The translations under genes were made by a program, and so were the position numbers. DNA of 60,647 bases from Deltaproteobacteria bacterium CG_4_9_14_3_um_filter_63_12 (GTDB lineage Bacteria > Myxococcota_A > Bradymonadia > UBA4248 > UM-FILTER-63-12): positions 1 through 60,647 of the forward strand of contig PFUG01000519.1 in the NCBI GenBank assembly GCA_002789955.1, written 5' to 3'. Below are positions 28,238 through 40,900 of the stretch, one piece after another. Position 1 is the first letter of the stretch. Every line of letters begins with the position of its first letter. Under the pieces are notes generated by a model, which saw only the letters and a program-made list of their open reading frames with translations, was not told the origin of the DNA and did not search any database.

Positions 28238-29116
28238 ATGCTCGACCAGTTCGTGAACATCTTCAGCCAAGCGAGCACCAAGGGCATCCTTATTGGCGTG
28301 GTGGATATCCTGCTGGTTTACTATGTGCTCTATCGCATTCTGCTGCTCATCAAGGGCACGAAAGCGGTGCAGATCCTGGTCGGCTTGCTCTTGGTGGTGG
28401 TGCTCTACTTCGCGTCGGAGCAGGAGTACTTCGATCTCCAGACGTTGAACTGGCTCCTCGACAAGTTCATCGCCTCGTTCGTCGTCATCCTCGTGATCAT
28501 CTTCCAGGAGGACATTCGCCGTGGCTTGAGCCAGGTGGGGCTCTCGAGTCGCTTCACGGGACTGTCGCGCATCGCCGAGGCGCACTTCCTCGAGGAGATC
28601 GTAAAAGCCGCGGCGATTTTGTCCGAGAGACGCCTGGGCGCGCTGATCGTCATCAAGCGCGAGGCCTCTCTCGACGACTATGAGGGGATCCGCATCGACG
28701 CCGAGGTGAGCAAGGAGCTCTTGGTCTCCCTCTTCATCCCGTTCAAGCAGAGCCCGACCCACGACGGCGCAGTGGTGGTGGCCAATGGCCGCATTGCCGC
28801 CGCTGGTTGTTTCCTGCCGCTGACCACCAACGCAAGGATAGACCGCTCGCTGGGGACCCGGCACAGAGCCGCGCTCGGCATGAGCGAGACCACCGACGCG
28901 GTCATCCTCGTGGTTTCCGAAGAGACGGGCATCATCTCCGTCGCGTTCAAGGAAGAGCTCACGCGCCGGTTGAGCACGGACGAGCTGCGCGACCTTCTGC
29001 AGAAGCTGTTCAGCGAGAAGGAAATGCAGCGCCAAGCCATGAAGCAGCCGGGGTTCCTGTTGCGCCGTTTGCGAGTGCCTCGCAAGCGCAAGAAACACGC
29101 ACCGACGGGGAGCTGA
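28238..29116 (+). CDS. cdaA: Diadenylate cyclase CdaA (membrane DisA_N / DAC domain).
   Basis: It has three N-terminal TM helices. The DAC motifs are GALIVI, HDGAVVV and TRHRAALGMSETTDAVILVVSEETGIIS. Confidence 0.9.
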   Translation: MLDQFVNIFSQASTKGILIGVVDILLVYYVLYRILLLIKGTKAVQILVGLLLVVVLYFASEQEYFDLQTLNWLLDKFIASFVVILVIIFQEDIRRGLSQVGLSSRFTGLSRIAEAHFLEEIVKAAAILSERRLGALIVIKREASLDDYEGIRIDAEVSKELLVSLFIPFKQSPTHDGAVVVANGRIAAAGCFLPLTTNARIDRSLGTRHRAALGMSETTDAVILVVSEETGIISVAFKEELTRRLSTDELRDLLQKLFSEKEMQRQAMKQPGFLLRRLRVPRKRKKHAPTGS

Positions 29117-29118
29117 CG

Positions 29119-30150
29119 ATGCGCAAGGCCCTCTTCGACAATCTGGCGCTCAAGTTGATCGCCTTGGTCCTCGCCATGAGCCTCTTCCTCGTCGTCAAGA
29201 GCGAGGGCGGTGCGTTGACGACGTTGGACGTACCGCTGCTGATTCAAGTTCCAGAGGGGTTCGTGCTGGTCAACGAACCCACCAAAGCCGCGGCGGTTCA
29301 GCTGAAAGGCAAATGGTCGACGCTCAAAGCTCTCAGCTCAGAGGAGCTCGGCGCGCTGGAGCTCTCCCCTTCCCCGGTCGAGGGCCGCTCTGACCTTACC
29401 CTGAGACTGCAGGGGCTGACGCTCCCGAACGGCGTCACGGCGGAGGGCATCAACCCGTCGACGGTCACGATCGAGCTGGAGCGCCTCGCTCGCCGCACGG
29501 TGCCAGTGGCCGCCGATCGGGCGCTCTCGGGTGCCCCTCCCGTCGGCTACCAACTCGGCGAGGTCCGAGCGGAGCCACCGGAGGTCGGAATCGTCGGGCC
29601 GGCCTCGGTCGTGGAGATGGTCAGCCGCGTCTTCGTCGAGCCCATCGACCTCTCGGGCCGTACCACGTCGTTCACCGAAGAGCGCTTTGTGCTGCCGGAC
29701 CGTCGTGGCATTCGAATCGAGGGCATAGACCGCGTCTCTGTCAGCGTGGAGATCATCACTCGTTCACGCGAAGTGGTGGCCAAGAAGATTCCGATCATCG
29801 TGCTCAACCTCGCCCAACCCTTCGAGCTCCTACCGCAGACCGTCGACGTGGTTCTTGTTGGCGAGGACGAGGCGCTGGACTCCATCGACACCTCGCCGCT
29901 CGTGGTGACCATCGATGGCGCCCCCGAGGGCGGCAAGGGCCCCCATTCGGTGCAGATCGACATCAAGGCCGAAGACGTGCACAACCTGCCGCCAGGTGTC
30001 GCGGTCGATGGCGCACGTTTGCCGACGATCTTCCTTCGCACCACGCCGATTCCGACCCGACAAGACCCGACAGGCCTGCCTGCGAACACTGCCCCTGATG
30101 GCAAGCCCTTGGGGACGAACGGCAACGTGATCCACACAGAGCTCGACTAA
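29119..30150 (+). CDS. cdaR: YbbR-domain protein (CdaR-like regulator of CdaA).
   Basis: It has an N-terminal TM segment ([18 protein letters not shown]) followed by repeated YbbR-like beta modules. It sits between cdaA and glmM, which is the conserved cdaA-cdaR-glmM arrangement. Its start is 2 nt after the cdaA stop. Confidence 0.7.
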   Translation: MRKALFDNLALKLIALVLAMSLFLVVKSEGGALTTLDVPLLIQVPEGFVLVNEPTKAAAVQLKGKWSTLKALSSEELGALELSPSPVEGRSDLTLRLQGLTLPNGVTAEGINPSTVTIELERLARRTVPVAADRALSGAPPVGYQLGEVRAEPPEVGIVGPASVVEMVSRVFVEPIDLSGRTTSFTEERFVLPDRRGIRIEGIDRVSVSVEIITRSREVVAKKIPIIVLNLAQPFELLPQTVDVVLVGEDEALDSIDTSPLVVTIDGAPEGGKGPHSVQIDIKAEDVHNLPPGVAVDGARLPTIFLRTTPIPTRQDPTGLPANTAPDGKPLGTNGNVIHTELD

Positions 30151-30170
30151 AGGAACGCAAAGGACTTCGA

Positions 30171-31523
30171 ATGCGCGCATTTTTCGGAACCGACGGAATT
30201 CGAGGCTTGGCCAACAAGCACCCCATGACCGTCGAAGTGGCTACGCGGCTGGGCAAAGCGATCACGCTTCACTTTGCGCGTGAAGGCCACGAGCCCAAGA
30301 TCCTCATCGGCAAAGACCCGCGCCGCTCGGGCTACATGTTCGAGTCGGCTTTGGCTGCCGGGATCAACTCCATGGGCGGCTTCGTTCTCTACACCGGTCC
30401 CCTTCCGACACCCGGCATCGCCTATTTGACCACGGGCATGCGTTGCGACGCCGGCATCGTCATCTCGGCCTCCCACAACCCGCACCACGACAACGGCATC
30501 AAGATCTTCGGGGCCGACGGTTTCAAGCTGCCAGACGAGGAGGAGGCCAAACTCGAGGCGTTGCTGCAAGACGACGCAGCCCTCCAGGCCGCCACACAGC
30601 CCACGCAGATCGGACGCTCCCGACGAATCGACGACGCGACCGGGCGCTACATCGTGTTCCTCAAGACGCTCTTCCCGAAACAGTACAACCTCGAGGGCCT
30701 GCGCATCGTCGTGGACTGCGCCCATGGAGCGGCCTACAAGACGACGCCAGCCGTCATGTGGGAGCTCGGCGCGGAGGTCATCTCGACCGGGGTCGAGCCC
30801 GACGGCGTCAACATCAACGAGGGCGTTGGCGCCTTGCATCCCGAGCACTGCGCCAAACTGGTGCGCGAATACCGTGCCGACTTGGGGATCTCCCTCGACG
30901 GAGACGCCGACCGCGTCATCCTCATCGATGAGCACGGGGAGGTGGTCGACGGCGACCAGCTCATGGCCATCGCGGCGCTGTCGCTGAAGAGCCGTGGGGC
31001 GCTGGCCCAAGACACCGTTGTCGCCACCGTGATGAGCAACCTCGGCCTAGAACTCGCGCTGCGTGAGCACAGCATCTCGCTGCTGCGCACGCAGGTGGGC
31101 GATCGCTACGTCGTCGAGGAGATGCGCAAAGGTGGCTACAATCTGGGCGGGGAACAGAGCGGACACCTGATCTTCCTCGATCACGCGACCACGGGCGACG
31201 GCACCATAGGCGCCCTCGCGGCCTTAGCCGCCATGGTGCGGAGCGGCAAGCCGCTGAGCGAGCTCGCCAAGGTCATGAAGCGCCTGCCGCAAGTGCTCGA
31301 GAACGTCCGCGTCCGAGAGAGACGGCCCATCGAGTCCCTGAAGCAGGCCCCGGCAGTGATCGCCAAGGTCGAGGCGGAGTTGGGCTCGAGCGGACGCGTC
31401 TTGGTACGCTACAGCGGCACCGAGTTGAAGTGTCGGGTCATGCTCGAGGGCACCGACGGGCCTCGGCTCGAAGTGCTCGTCGCCGAAATCTGCGACGCCA
31501 TCCGCGCCGAGATTGGGGCGTAG
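30171..31523 (+). CDS. glmM: Phosphoglucosamine mutase.
   Basis: It begins [12 protein letters not shown], has the active-site loop [14 protein letters not shown] and the metal loop DGDADR, and ends with GEQSGH. Confidence 0.93.
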   Translation: MRAFFGTDGIRGLANKHPMTVEVATRLGKAITLHFAREGHEPKILIGKDPRRSGYMFESALAAGINSMGGFVLYTGPLPTPGIAYLTTGMRCDAGIVISASHNPHHDNGIKIFGADGFKLPDEEEAKLEALLQDDAALQAATQPTQIGRSRRIDDATGRYIVFLKTLFPKQYNLEGLRIVVDCAHGAAYKTTPAVMWELGAEVISTGVEPDGVNINEGVGALHPEHCAKLVREYRADLGISLDGDADRVILIDEHGEVVDGDQLMAIAALSLKSRGALAQDTVVATVMSNLGLELALREHSISLLRTQVGDRYVVEEMRKGGYNLGGEQSGHLIFLDHATTGDGTIGALAALAAMVRSGKPLSELAKVMKRLPQVLENVRVRERRPIESLKQAPAVIAKVEAELGSSGRVLVRYSGTELKCRVMLEGTDGPRLEVLVAEICDAIRAEIGA

Positions 31524-31606
31524 CGCTGGGCTTTTGGCCAGACCGTGCGGGCGATGCGCCCGAGGCTTCGGCCCCCCAGACCTGTTCGTCCCAAAGGAGT
31601 AAGGAC

Positions 31607-33199
<1,593 letters not shown>

Positions 33200-33492
33200 C
33201 ATCCTGTCAGGGTTGAGAGGCGACATCGTTCAGAAGGGTCGTTCTCAGCGGGCTGAGCGCACCCAAGCGGCCGTTGACGTTCAGGACGGTTGGGGTGCGG
33301 CAGTTCGCGAAAATTGTCTCTGGCCCAAACCCTGCAGGTGCGGTATGACGATCTTATCCGTTTGACCTCGTCACCTCACTAATTCGACGATTTTGCAGGC
33401 ACCGTCAGGAGCATCCTGACCGCGCCGTCAGGGGCATCACGGACCTTCGAGATGCTGTGCTGACCCAAGATCATGCCATAAAGGGGAGAGCA

Positions 33493-34620
33493 ATGTCTGC
33501 CAAAGCTGCACTCGACACCAAGAACGCTGGGGTCGTTGAGGAGAAAGCCAACAAGGAGCTCGCCAGTAAGGCTCGTGACGAGAAGAAGAAGGAAGACGCA
33601 AACGTCGAGTTGGCGCGTAATCCCGAGCTTCCCGTCGAAGAGAAGCTGAACGCCGAGGACGTCGCTTCCGTGCTCGCCCCCGCGGCCGCCGAGAAGGAAA
33701 AGGGCGAAGAGAAGGCCCAGGTTGAAGACAAGAAAAAGGGCGAAGAGGAGAAGACCAAAGAGGAGGCCAAACCCGCCGAGGGCGTGAAGAAGGTCGAGGA
33801 CCCAGAGAAGGTCGAGGGCGAGAAGGAACACAAGGGCGAAGAGAAGGGCGAGCTGAAGGAAGAGAAGACCAAGGACAAGCTGGTCGTCGGCGCCGAACAG
33901 GCCGAAAACGAGGACAAGCGCGCGTTGGGCGACATCTACTTCGTGGCTTCGCTCTCGGCTCTCGCCAACACCGACCGCAGCATGCTCGAGAAGAACTGCA
34001 AGGCGAACGGCGACGGCACCTACACGGTGACCTTCTACGAAAAGGACCCGAAGGCGGAGAGCGGCTACAAAGCCCATGAGATCGTCGTGACGCCCGAGAC
34101 CGCCGGTCCTGAGGAGAAGACCGACGAGGACGGCAAGAGCGATGAGCTCCTGGCCATCATCACACAGGCGTACACCGATTGGCGCGGTGGCGCCGACAAG
34201 GTCGGCGAAGGAAAGGGCGGCGAGGCCATGGAAGCGCTGACCGCGGAGCCGACCGAGTACCTGCCCGCGGAGTCCAGCAACGCAGACGGAATGTGGGCCA
34301 CACTCATCGAGGCTTGCAACTGGAACCAAGCCATCGTCGCGACCTCTCGTGGAGAGGACGTCAAGGCCCTGTTCTCCGAGTCGGACATGAAGCCTTGGCA
34401 CGCCTACGTCGTGCTCAAGTGCAAGGAAGTGAACGGAAAGAAGATGGTGACGTTGCGCAACCCCTTTGCCAAGGCCGGGGCGAGCGAGGGCAACGTGATC
34501 GAGGTCGACCTCGAGAAGTTTGCCAAGCTCTACCGCGGCATCTCCATCAGTGGAAAGCTCCCGGAGAAAGACGCCCCCGCGAAGAAAGACGACAAAGCGC
34601 AGAGCGAAGCCACCGCCTGA
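33493..34620 (+). CDS. Calpain-like (C2-like) domain protein with a KE-rich disordered N-terminus. The catalytic Cys is replaced.
   Basis: I chose the start at MSAKAALDTK, with a GGGGAG site upstream. Residues 1-135 are Lys/Glu-rich. LGDIYFVASLSALA resembles the calpain LGDCW[FL]LAA motif, but with Ile at the Cys position (codon 33934-33936). WHAYVVL and LRNPFAK match the His and Asn regions. Confidence 0.55.
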   Translation: MSAKAALDTKNAGVVEEKANKELASKARDEKKKEDANVELARNPELPVEEKLNAEDVASVLAPAAAEKEKGEEKAQVEDKKKGEEEKTKEEAKPAEGVKKVEDPEKVEGEKEHKGEEKGELKEEKTKDKLVVGAEQAENEDKRALGDIYFVASLSALANTDRSMLEKNCKANGDGTYTVTFYEKDPKAESGYKAHEIVVTPETAGPEEKTDEDGKSDELLAIITQAYTDWRGGADKVGEGKGGEAMEALTAEPTEYLPAESSNADGMWATLIEACNWNQAIVATSRGEDVKALFSESDMKPWHAYVVLKCKEVNGKKMVTLRNPFAKAGASEGNVIEVDLEKFAKLYRGISISGKLPEKDAPAKKDDKAQSEATA

Positions 34621-34644
34621 CAGGTGGAGGTGACTTCGGCACTG

Positions 34645-34682
34645 GAAAGTGCGACGGCGGCTGCGGCCGCCGTCGCACTTTC
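34645..34682 (+). terminator. Strong hairpin downstream of the calpain-like gene.
   Basis: The hairpin is gaaagtgcgacggcggc-tgcg-gccgccgtcgcactttc, a perfect 17-bp stem. It starts 25 nt after the stop codon. The trailing U-tract is weak (tttc). Confidence 0.55.
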
Positions 34683-34746
34683 TGGACCATCGAACGCTCG
34701 AAGTCGTGCGCGGTTCAGCGCCACATCAGGTAAGAGTCGGAGCTTC

Positions 34747-35592
34747 ATGCACACGATAAGAAACTTGCTCGCCGACGCCCGCAAGGGTGAGGTGGTCCTG
34801 CTCCCGCGCGGGCGCCACACCACGACCATCGTCCTGCGCCAATCGCTCAGCCTCGTCGCTCAACACGACGTCGCCCTCATTGGCGACGAGGGAAGCGCGG
34901 TCATGGTCGTCGGCGGCGACGTGGTTCTAGAGGGTCTGACGCTGGTCACCTCGAGGGCGTTCTCGGGCGCCGGTCTGTTCGTGACCAACGGGGCCCGCGT
35001 CCGGCTTCGAGACTGCCGAATCGAACGCAACAGCGCACCAGGCTTTGGTGGCGGCGCCATCTTCGCCGACTCTGGCGAGCTCACGCTCGAGCGTTGCACG
35101 ATTGTGAATAACCTCGGAGCTCGAGGCGGAGCGCTCGCCCTCGATGGGACGGCTCGAGTAACCCTGAGCGACTGCGTCTTTGACGGCAATCACGCGGGCG
35201 TGGGCCACGTGCTCTATCTGCGAGATGGCGCCGAGCTAAAGGCCGAGGGCTGTACGTTTCGAACCCGGATGCCGGACGGACCCCTGTTCGCGGCGTCGGG
35301 CACAACCACACGGCGCCCAGAGCTGACTCTCGCGCGCTGCATCATCGAAGGGCCCGCTGGCTCCCCTCTCTTCGAGGGTTCGGTGCGCAGCTTGCCGCCC
35401 CGGCTCCGCGTCTACGAGTCGCTGCTCTCGACGCTGGCCTGTTCGGGACAGGTCGAGTTGGACGCCCGAGGTTGCGAGGAGGGCTGTGCCACCTGGGTCG
35501 ACGACGACTGCACACAACCTCTCGCCGACGGTTCGCTGGGCAGAGGACTGGTTGCACGAGCGGCGGATGTCCCGAAAAATGACGGCGGCTGA
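34747..35592 (+). CDS. Right-handed parallel beta-helix repeat protein.
   Basis: I chose the start at MHTIRNLLADA. It contains repeated segments of about 22-25 aa: RVRLRDCRIERNSAPGFGGGAIFA, ELTLERCTIVNNLGARGGALAL, and RVTLSDCVFDGNHAGVGHVLYL. No signal peptide is evident. Confidence 0.55.
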   Translation: MHTIRNLLADARKGEVVLLPRGRHTTTIVLRQSLSLVAQHDVALIGDEGSAVMVVGGDVVLEGLTLVTSRAFSGAGLFVTNGARVRLRDCRIERNSAPGFGGGAIFADSGELTLERCTIVNNLGARGGALALDGTARVTLSDCVFDGNHAGVGHVLYLRDGAELKAEGCTFRTRMPDGPLFAASGTTTRRPELTLARCIIEGPAGSPLFEGSVRSLPPRLRVYESLLSTLACSGQVELDARGCEEGCATWVDDDCTQPLADGSLGRGLVARAADVPKNDGG

Positions 35593-35667
35593 GTCGTCCT
35601 GAGCCCGTCGAGCCTCCTTCGCTGCGCCAGCCCCCAGAAAGTCCCCACCGACACTGAAGATCGCCCT

Positions 35668-37917
35668 ATGTCATCACCCGCCCAACACCTCAAAGCCATC
35701 TCCGCCGCCACCGAACGTCTGGCGCTCTCGCTTGGCCTCAGCGCCGAGCAGATCGAGTCCCGCGCTGGCTATGAGCAGGCCGAAGAGCACCTCTTCGACT
35801 CCCTGACTCGGCTCTCGTTGAATCTGAAGCGATACATCCTGACTTATTGGTACCGCATGGCGGACCGGTCCGGACGCCTCAACGACGTGTTGGTCAGCGT
35901 CGACGAGATGATGCGCTTCTTTGGTGTTGGGCAGAGCCACGCCCCTGAATTGGAAGCCAATCTGGCCACGATCGACGCCGAGCTCGCCCTTTGGGATGAC
36001 CGGATGAAGGCTCGCTTGGCGGCGACGCCAAGCCATGTGCAGCTGCCGATCATCGAGCTTAAGCGCGCATTCGACTTGGACGACGTCGCGGTCGAGGTCT
36101 TAATCGCCGCGGCGGCCCCTGCTTTGGACGTGGGATTCGAGCGACTGTATCGCTTTGCCTGGGCCGACTTCGCTCAGAGACATCCCAGCATCTCATTCAT
36201 CGTGGAGTTGCTGGGGACGACTCCGGAGACTCGCCGGGGCATTCGCTCGGCGCTGGTTCCGAGCCACCCTCTGCGGCGCTATCAGCTGCTCTCTCTCGAC
36301 GCGGCCGGCGGTGAGGGTGTCGAGCCCTCACGAGCCCATGGTTCAGTCTGTGTCCCAAACCGCGTCCTGTCGATTCTGCACGGCATCCGCGAGCTGGACG
36401 ACGAGCATTTGACGTTCATGAAGCTGTATCGAACCGGTCCGCGGGTCGAGGAGTTGGTGATTGAGGAGAAGGTCAAGGACGCCATGCGGGTGGCCTTGCA
36501 GACCGCCTCTGAGGGACGCGCGAAGCTCGTCGTGACCGGAGCCGAAGGCGTTGGGAAGGTCGCCTTGGCGCGTGCGTTGGCCATGGAGCGTCGGCGTCCC
36601 CTGCTCAAGGTCGACCTCCTGCAGCTCGCCGAGGACGGTGTTGAGGCGCGTTACCAGTTGGGCTGCGCGGTCCGAGAGTCGATCATCAGCCACGCGGACG
36701 TTGTGCTCGACGACTCCGGCCAGTTCCGTGACGAACGTGACGTAGGCGACCTCTTGGAGCCGATTCTCTGGGCTTTCGAGACCTGCCCAAACCCCATCTA
36801 TTTCGTCACCGATGGCAGCCCGATGTGGCTTCATGGGCGGCGCGATGATCTGGTCGAGATCGGGCTGATGCTCTCGCCTCCCAAGGGGCAAGCGGAGCTC
36901 TGGCGGCGGGCGTTCGAGGTCACGAAGCTCGCCCCCCACGTAAATTTGGCCGAGATTGTCCAGCGCTACAGCCTGTCGGCGGGTTCGATTCATCGGGCGG
37001 CCTCCGAGGCGATCCGGCTCTCGGAGATCCGACACAACGGCCAGGACGTCGAGGTGCGGCTCGACGACATGACCACCGCGATTCGGCATCAATTCCACCA
37101 CCGTTTGGGGGCGTTGGCGCAGCCGATTTCTACGACTTTGGTGTGGAACGACGTGGTCTTACCCGATCATCTCATCGTGCGCATCAAGGAGATCATCGCC
37201 TACGCTCGGCACCGAGACCACGTCTACGACAAGTGGGGATTCCGGCGGAAGATGAGCTACGGCCGAGGTCTGACCTGCATGTTCTCCGGTCCGCCTGGGA
37301 CCGGCAAGACGATGATGGTCTGCATCATCGCGCGGGAGCTCGGGCGCGAGCTGTTCCGTGTCGATGTGGCGCGGGTAGTCGACAAGTACATCGGTGAGAC
37401 GGAGAAGAACCTGGCGCGGGTCTTCGAGGAGGCTGAGCGCAGCCAGGCGATCATCCTCTTCGACGAGGCGGACTCCCTGTTTGCGAAGCGGACCGAGGTC
37501 AAATCCAGCCATGACCGCTACGCAAACCTCGAGGTCAACTACCTCCTCCAGCGCATGGAGCAGTTTGACGGGGCAACCTTCCTGACCACCAACTTCGAGA
37601 CTGCCATCGACGAGGCCTTCGAACGTCGGCTGAAGTTCAAGCTGCAGTTCCCCATGCCGGACGCCAAGGAACGGGAGCGCCTCTGGCGCGCCATGTTTCC
37701 CCCGGAGGCGGCGTTGGGCGACGATGTGGATTGGCGCCAGCTCGCCGAAGACTTCGACATGTCGGGTGGCTTGATCAAGAACGCGGTCCTGCGCGGCGCC
37801 TTCCTAGCGGCCGAGGAGAAGGTCATGATCGGCCATGAGGTGCTCTATCGCGCAGCGATGACCGAGCTGAAGGACGCTGGCCACGTCATTCGAGACGACA
37901 AGCACCGATTGTGGTGA
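35668..37917 (+). CDS. Two-domain AAA+ ATPase (degenerate D1, canonical D2), Pvc15/Afp15-like class.
   Basis: D1 contains [21 protein letters not shown]2 contains [26 protein letters not shown], the segment [20 protein letters not shown], a Walker B motif ([14 protein letters not shown]), and [18 protein letters not shown]. Confidence 0.85.
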   Translation: MSSPAQHLKAISAATERLALSLGLSAEQIESRAGYEQAEEHLFDSLTRLSLNLKRYILTYWYRMADRSGRLNDVLVSVDEMMRFFGVGQSHAPELEANLATIDAELALWDDRMKARLAATPSHVQLPIIELKRAFDLDDVAVEVLIAAAAPALDVGFERLYRFAWADFAQRHPSISFIVELLGTTPETRRGIRSALVPSHPLRRYQLLSLDAAGGEGVEPSRAHGSVCVPNRVLSILHGIRELDDEHLTFMKLYRTGPRVEELVIEEKVKDAMRVALQTASEGRAKLVVTGAEGVGKVALARALAMERRRPLLKVDLLQLAEDGVEARYQLGCAVRESIISHADVVLDDSGQFRDERDVGDLLEPILWAFETCPNPIYFVTDGSPMWLHGRRDDLVEIGLMLSPPKGQAELWRRAFEVTKLAPHVNLAEIVQRYSLSAGSIHRAASEAIRLSEIRHNGQDVEVRLDDMTTAIRHQFHHRLGALAQPISTTLVWNDVVLPDHLIVRIKEIIAYARHRDHVYDKWGFRRKMSYGRGLTCMFSGPPGTGKTMMVCIIARELGRELFRVDVARVVDKYIGETEKNLARVFEEAERSQAIILFDEADSLFAKRTEVKSSHDRYANLEVNYLLQRMEQFDGATFLTTNFETAIDEAFERRLKFKLQFPMPDAKERERLWRAMFPPEAALGDDVDWRQLAEDFDMSGGLIKNAVLRGAFLAAEEKVMIGHEVLYRAAMTELKDAGHVIRDDKHRLW

Positions 37918-37918
37918 G

Positions 37919-40900
37919 CTAAGGGGTGCCCTTCGGGGGTATGGTGAGGTCCCCGGTTGGCAGCTGATCGATGGTGAACGTCAAATCGAACGACTCGCCT
38001 ACGCGCGGAATCAAGACGTTGTGTTGCTCCCAGTACTCCGCAAAGGGTTTCGGGGTCTTGAAGAGATAGAGCTTCCCCCGTGCGGGACCGGCGTTGGAGG
38101 GGCCCTCGTGGGTGATCTCAACCCTGAAATCTCCTGGCTCTGCGACGGGGAGTATATACACCCTTGGTGACGGACCGCTTTTGCCCGCCAAAGTGTAGAG
38201 CTGTGAGCCCAAGGGACTGCCGTACGGCGATATGGTGGAAACGATGGTGCCACCGGGCTCTGAGACCTGGAAGTTGATGAGCAATCCGTTCTCGGCGTTC
38301 TCGGGGACGAAGGCCATTCGCAGGGCGTAGCGCTGTGCGTTGGGGTAGATGCCGGCGTCGACGCTCATGGTGCCCATGGTCGCCTCGATCTCCGTGATGG
38401 CTGGGTCGTCGCCTTTGTATACGGCGTCCGCGTGCCATTTGCAGAGCAGTTGGAAGAAGGACTCGTCGCGGGCTCGAACCGCCTCCCAAGACTCGGTGGA
38501 GTTCTGGTAGCGGATGTTGTCGTAAGCCTCGGTGGCTCTTTTGCGGTCGCCGGAGCCCGCCGCCGCCTCGAGGATGCGGAGCGTTGTGGCGAAGTTGCCT
38601 GGGTTGAGGGCGAGAGCTCGCTCGAAGGACTTCGAGGCGTCTTTGGGGCGGCCGAGGGCGTTGAGGGCATCGCCAACCTTGATGTGGCCGACCGCCATGT
38701 CGGGGACGAGCTCGAGGAGCCCGTAGTAGGCGGCCAGCGCACCCTCGTGGTCACCCGCGCGGGTGTAGAGGTCACCGATGAGCTGTGCGAGGTAGGCGTT
38801 GCGTGGATCTTGCTCGGACCACTGCTCCGCGAACTGGATGGCGTTCGCGCTTTGGCCGTCCTCGATCAGGCCGTCGAGGGCGAGGCCATTGAGTCGCCTC
38901 GAGCGCGGGAATTGCTCGAGTCCTTTGGACAGGAGCTCCGCGGCCTTACTCCGGTTGCCGCTGAGCAAAGCCAGGCGTGCTTGCAGCCCGAAGTAGGTCG
39001 GCGAGGCGCCTCCCTCTTCTCCCCACTTGGCCAACGCCTTGTTAGCGGCGTCGATGCGACCCGCTTTGACCAATTGGCGCAGCAATCGGTCGACCACGTC
39101 GATGTCGTCGGGGTTGTTCAGCAGTTCGCGCTGCAGATCTTCGATCTCTAAGGCGGCGACTTCGTCCGTCCGGCCGGTGGCCTTCAGGAGCCGGATCAAA
39201 TTCTCGGTGTAGTAGTGGTCGTTCGGAGTATTCCTGTGGCCCTCTCTCAAGTGGGGCTCGGCTCGCTTCCAGTGTTTGGTGTCCATGAAGTAGGTGATGG
39301 CCCCTTTCTTGGCTTCAGGACCGTAGTAGGGGTCGATGATGTTGATGTCCTGGCTCGCCAGGGTCCCATCGTCCAACATGTTGTTGTTGTACATCTGGTT
39401 TTGCACGGCATAGAGCTGGCTGGTCGACTTCAGACTGAGCTCGTGCCAGGCGCGGATAAAATCTTGGGCTTTGGTCGGATCGGCGGCGTACTGAGCGAGC
39501 ACGGCCTCTCTGGCGACGACCAGAGCGCGGTCGACGGTGTAGTTGAGCTGGTATTCCAGGGCGTACTGGACCGTGCCGGGCTGCAACGTGGGATTTGTGT
39601 AGGCGTAGGCGGGAGTGTTCCCACCACGAATCCCGCTGACCACTTCATCAATGCGGGGCAACGGCAGCTGTTTGCGCGGGCTCACCTTGAGGAAAGGGTC
39701 GCGCTCCAGGGGGTGGGAGCTGGCTCCCGTGCTGTCACCCGAAGGATCCGACGGATCTGGAACAGGGATCGGTGCAGCACGGAGCGGAACAGCCCGACCG
39801 GGCTGAGCATCCAGGTTGTTGTCGATCCAGGCGGTCTCTGCGGGGTGTTCGAGTTTGGCCAACACAAAAGCCGAGGTCAACGCAGGAAGCACGCGGATCG
39901 AACGATTGTCCAAGACACCGAGATCGTTCGTTTCATCCACTTGGTAGAGGGGGACGCCTTTGGCCGCGAGCATGCGTGCAGCGACTGCGAAGTACCCCAG
40001 CGCTCGGCTGTCAGTGGCTTTCGTGAGGTCGACGAGCTGAGGAGCGTCGCAAGACATCCCAGGAGCCGAGAGGCAGAGCTCGAACTGCCCGGGCAGGTCG
40101 AAGAGGGCGCCCTGGCTCTGGAACTGACCGAGCAAAAGCGCAGAGCCCCCACTCCACGAAGGCTCGACGTTCCACCAATTTCTCGTGAGGACTTCGTTGG
40201 CCTTGACGTCGACCACTCCGATGGGCCGCAGCAGGGTCCCGAAATGAGCCAGGGCTCGCGCGGCAACGACAGGCCCTGAGGCCGAGGTGCTGGCGAAGAG
40301 CGTTGGGACAGTCCACTGCGTCCGGAACTCAGCAAGATACTCCGAGCGCCCAGCCCCGTTGACCTCGACGATGAGGGCGGCGGCTCCCACCTCGGTGAGC
40401 TCGCTGAGCGCCGTGAAGGCGTCCGCATCGGCACCCGCGGTGGGCTCGCCGTCACCGATGTAGACCACCTGGAGGAGGGCCTCGGGGCGCTTCGTCGCGG
40501 TGAGCGCGGCAGCCAGATCGAGGGCCTCGCTGAGATCGGTTGGTCCCCCTGCGGAGGGCGTCGCGAGCTGCTTTTCGATGGCGTCGAGGGTCGCCAGGTC
40601 GGGTTTGCTCTGGGCAGCAACCAGCAGAGTGGCCTTGTCACTGATGCGGGCGATGCTGAGGGTGTCGCGCCGGGCGTCGAGCGAGGTCGCCAGCATCATG
40701 GCCACGCTGTTGGCGAGTTTGCGCTGAGAACCCCGAACGCTCGAGCTGTCGTCGACCAGAATCACCAAGTCCAACGGCGCGTCTTTCTGTGCGACCTCGA
40801 ACGGGAGCTCGAGAGCGAAGAAGATCCCATCGACGCTGTCGGTGCGCCCCGCCCAGGTGTGTTGACCGTCACGGGGCACGCGCAGCACCAAACCTGGCTC

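Noticed and set aside
33379-34401. A 340-aa minus-strand ORF with long Leu/Phe/Val-rich stretches that look like a polytopic membrane protein.
   Set aside because: It is the exact antisense of the Lys/Glu-rich region of the calpain-like gene, because GAA/GAG/AAG codons read as TTC/CTC/CTT on the other strand. The plus-strand gene has a ribosome-binding site, recognisable motifs and a terminator.
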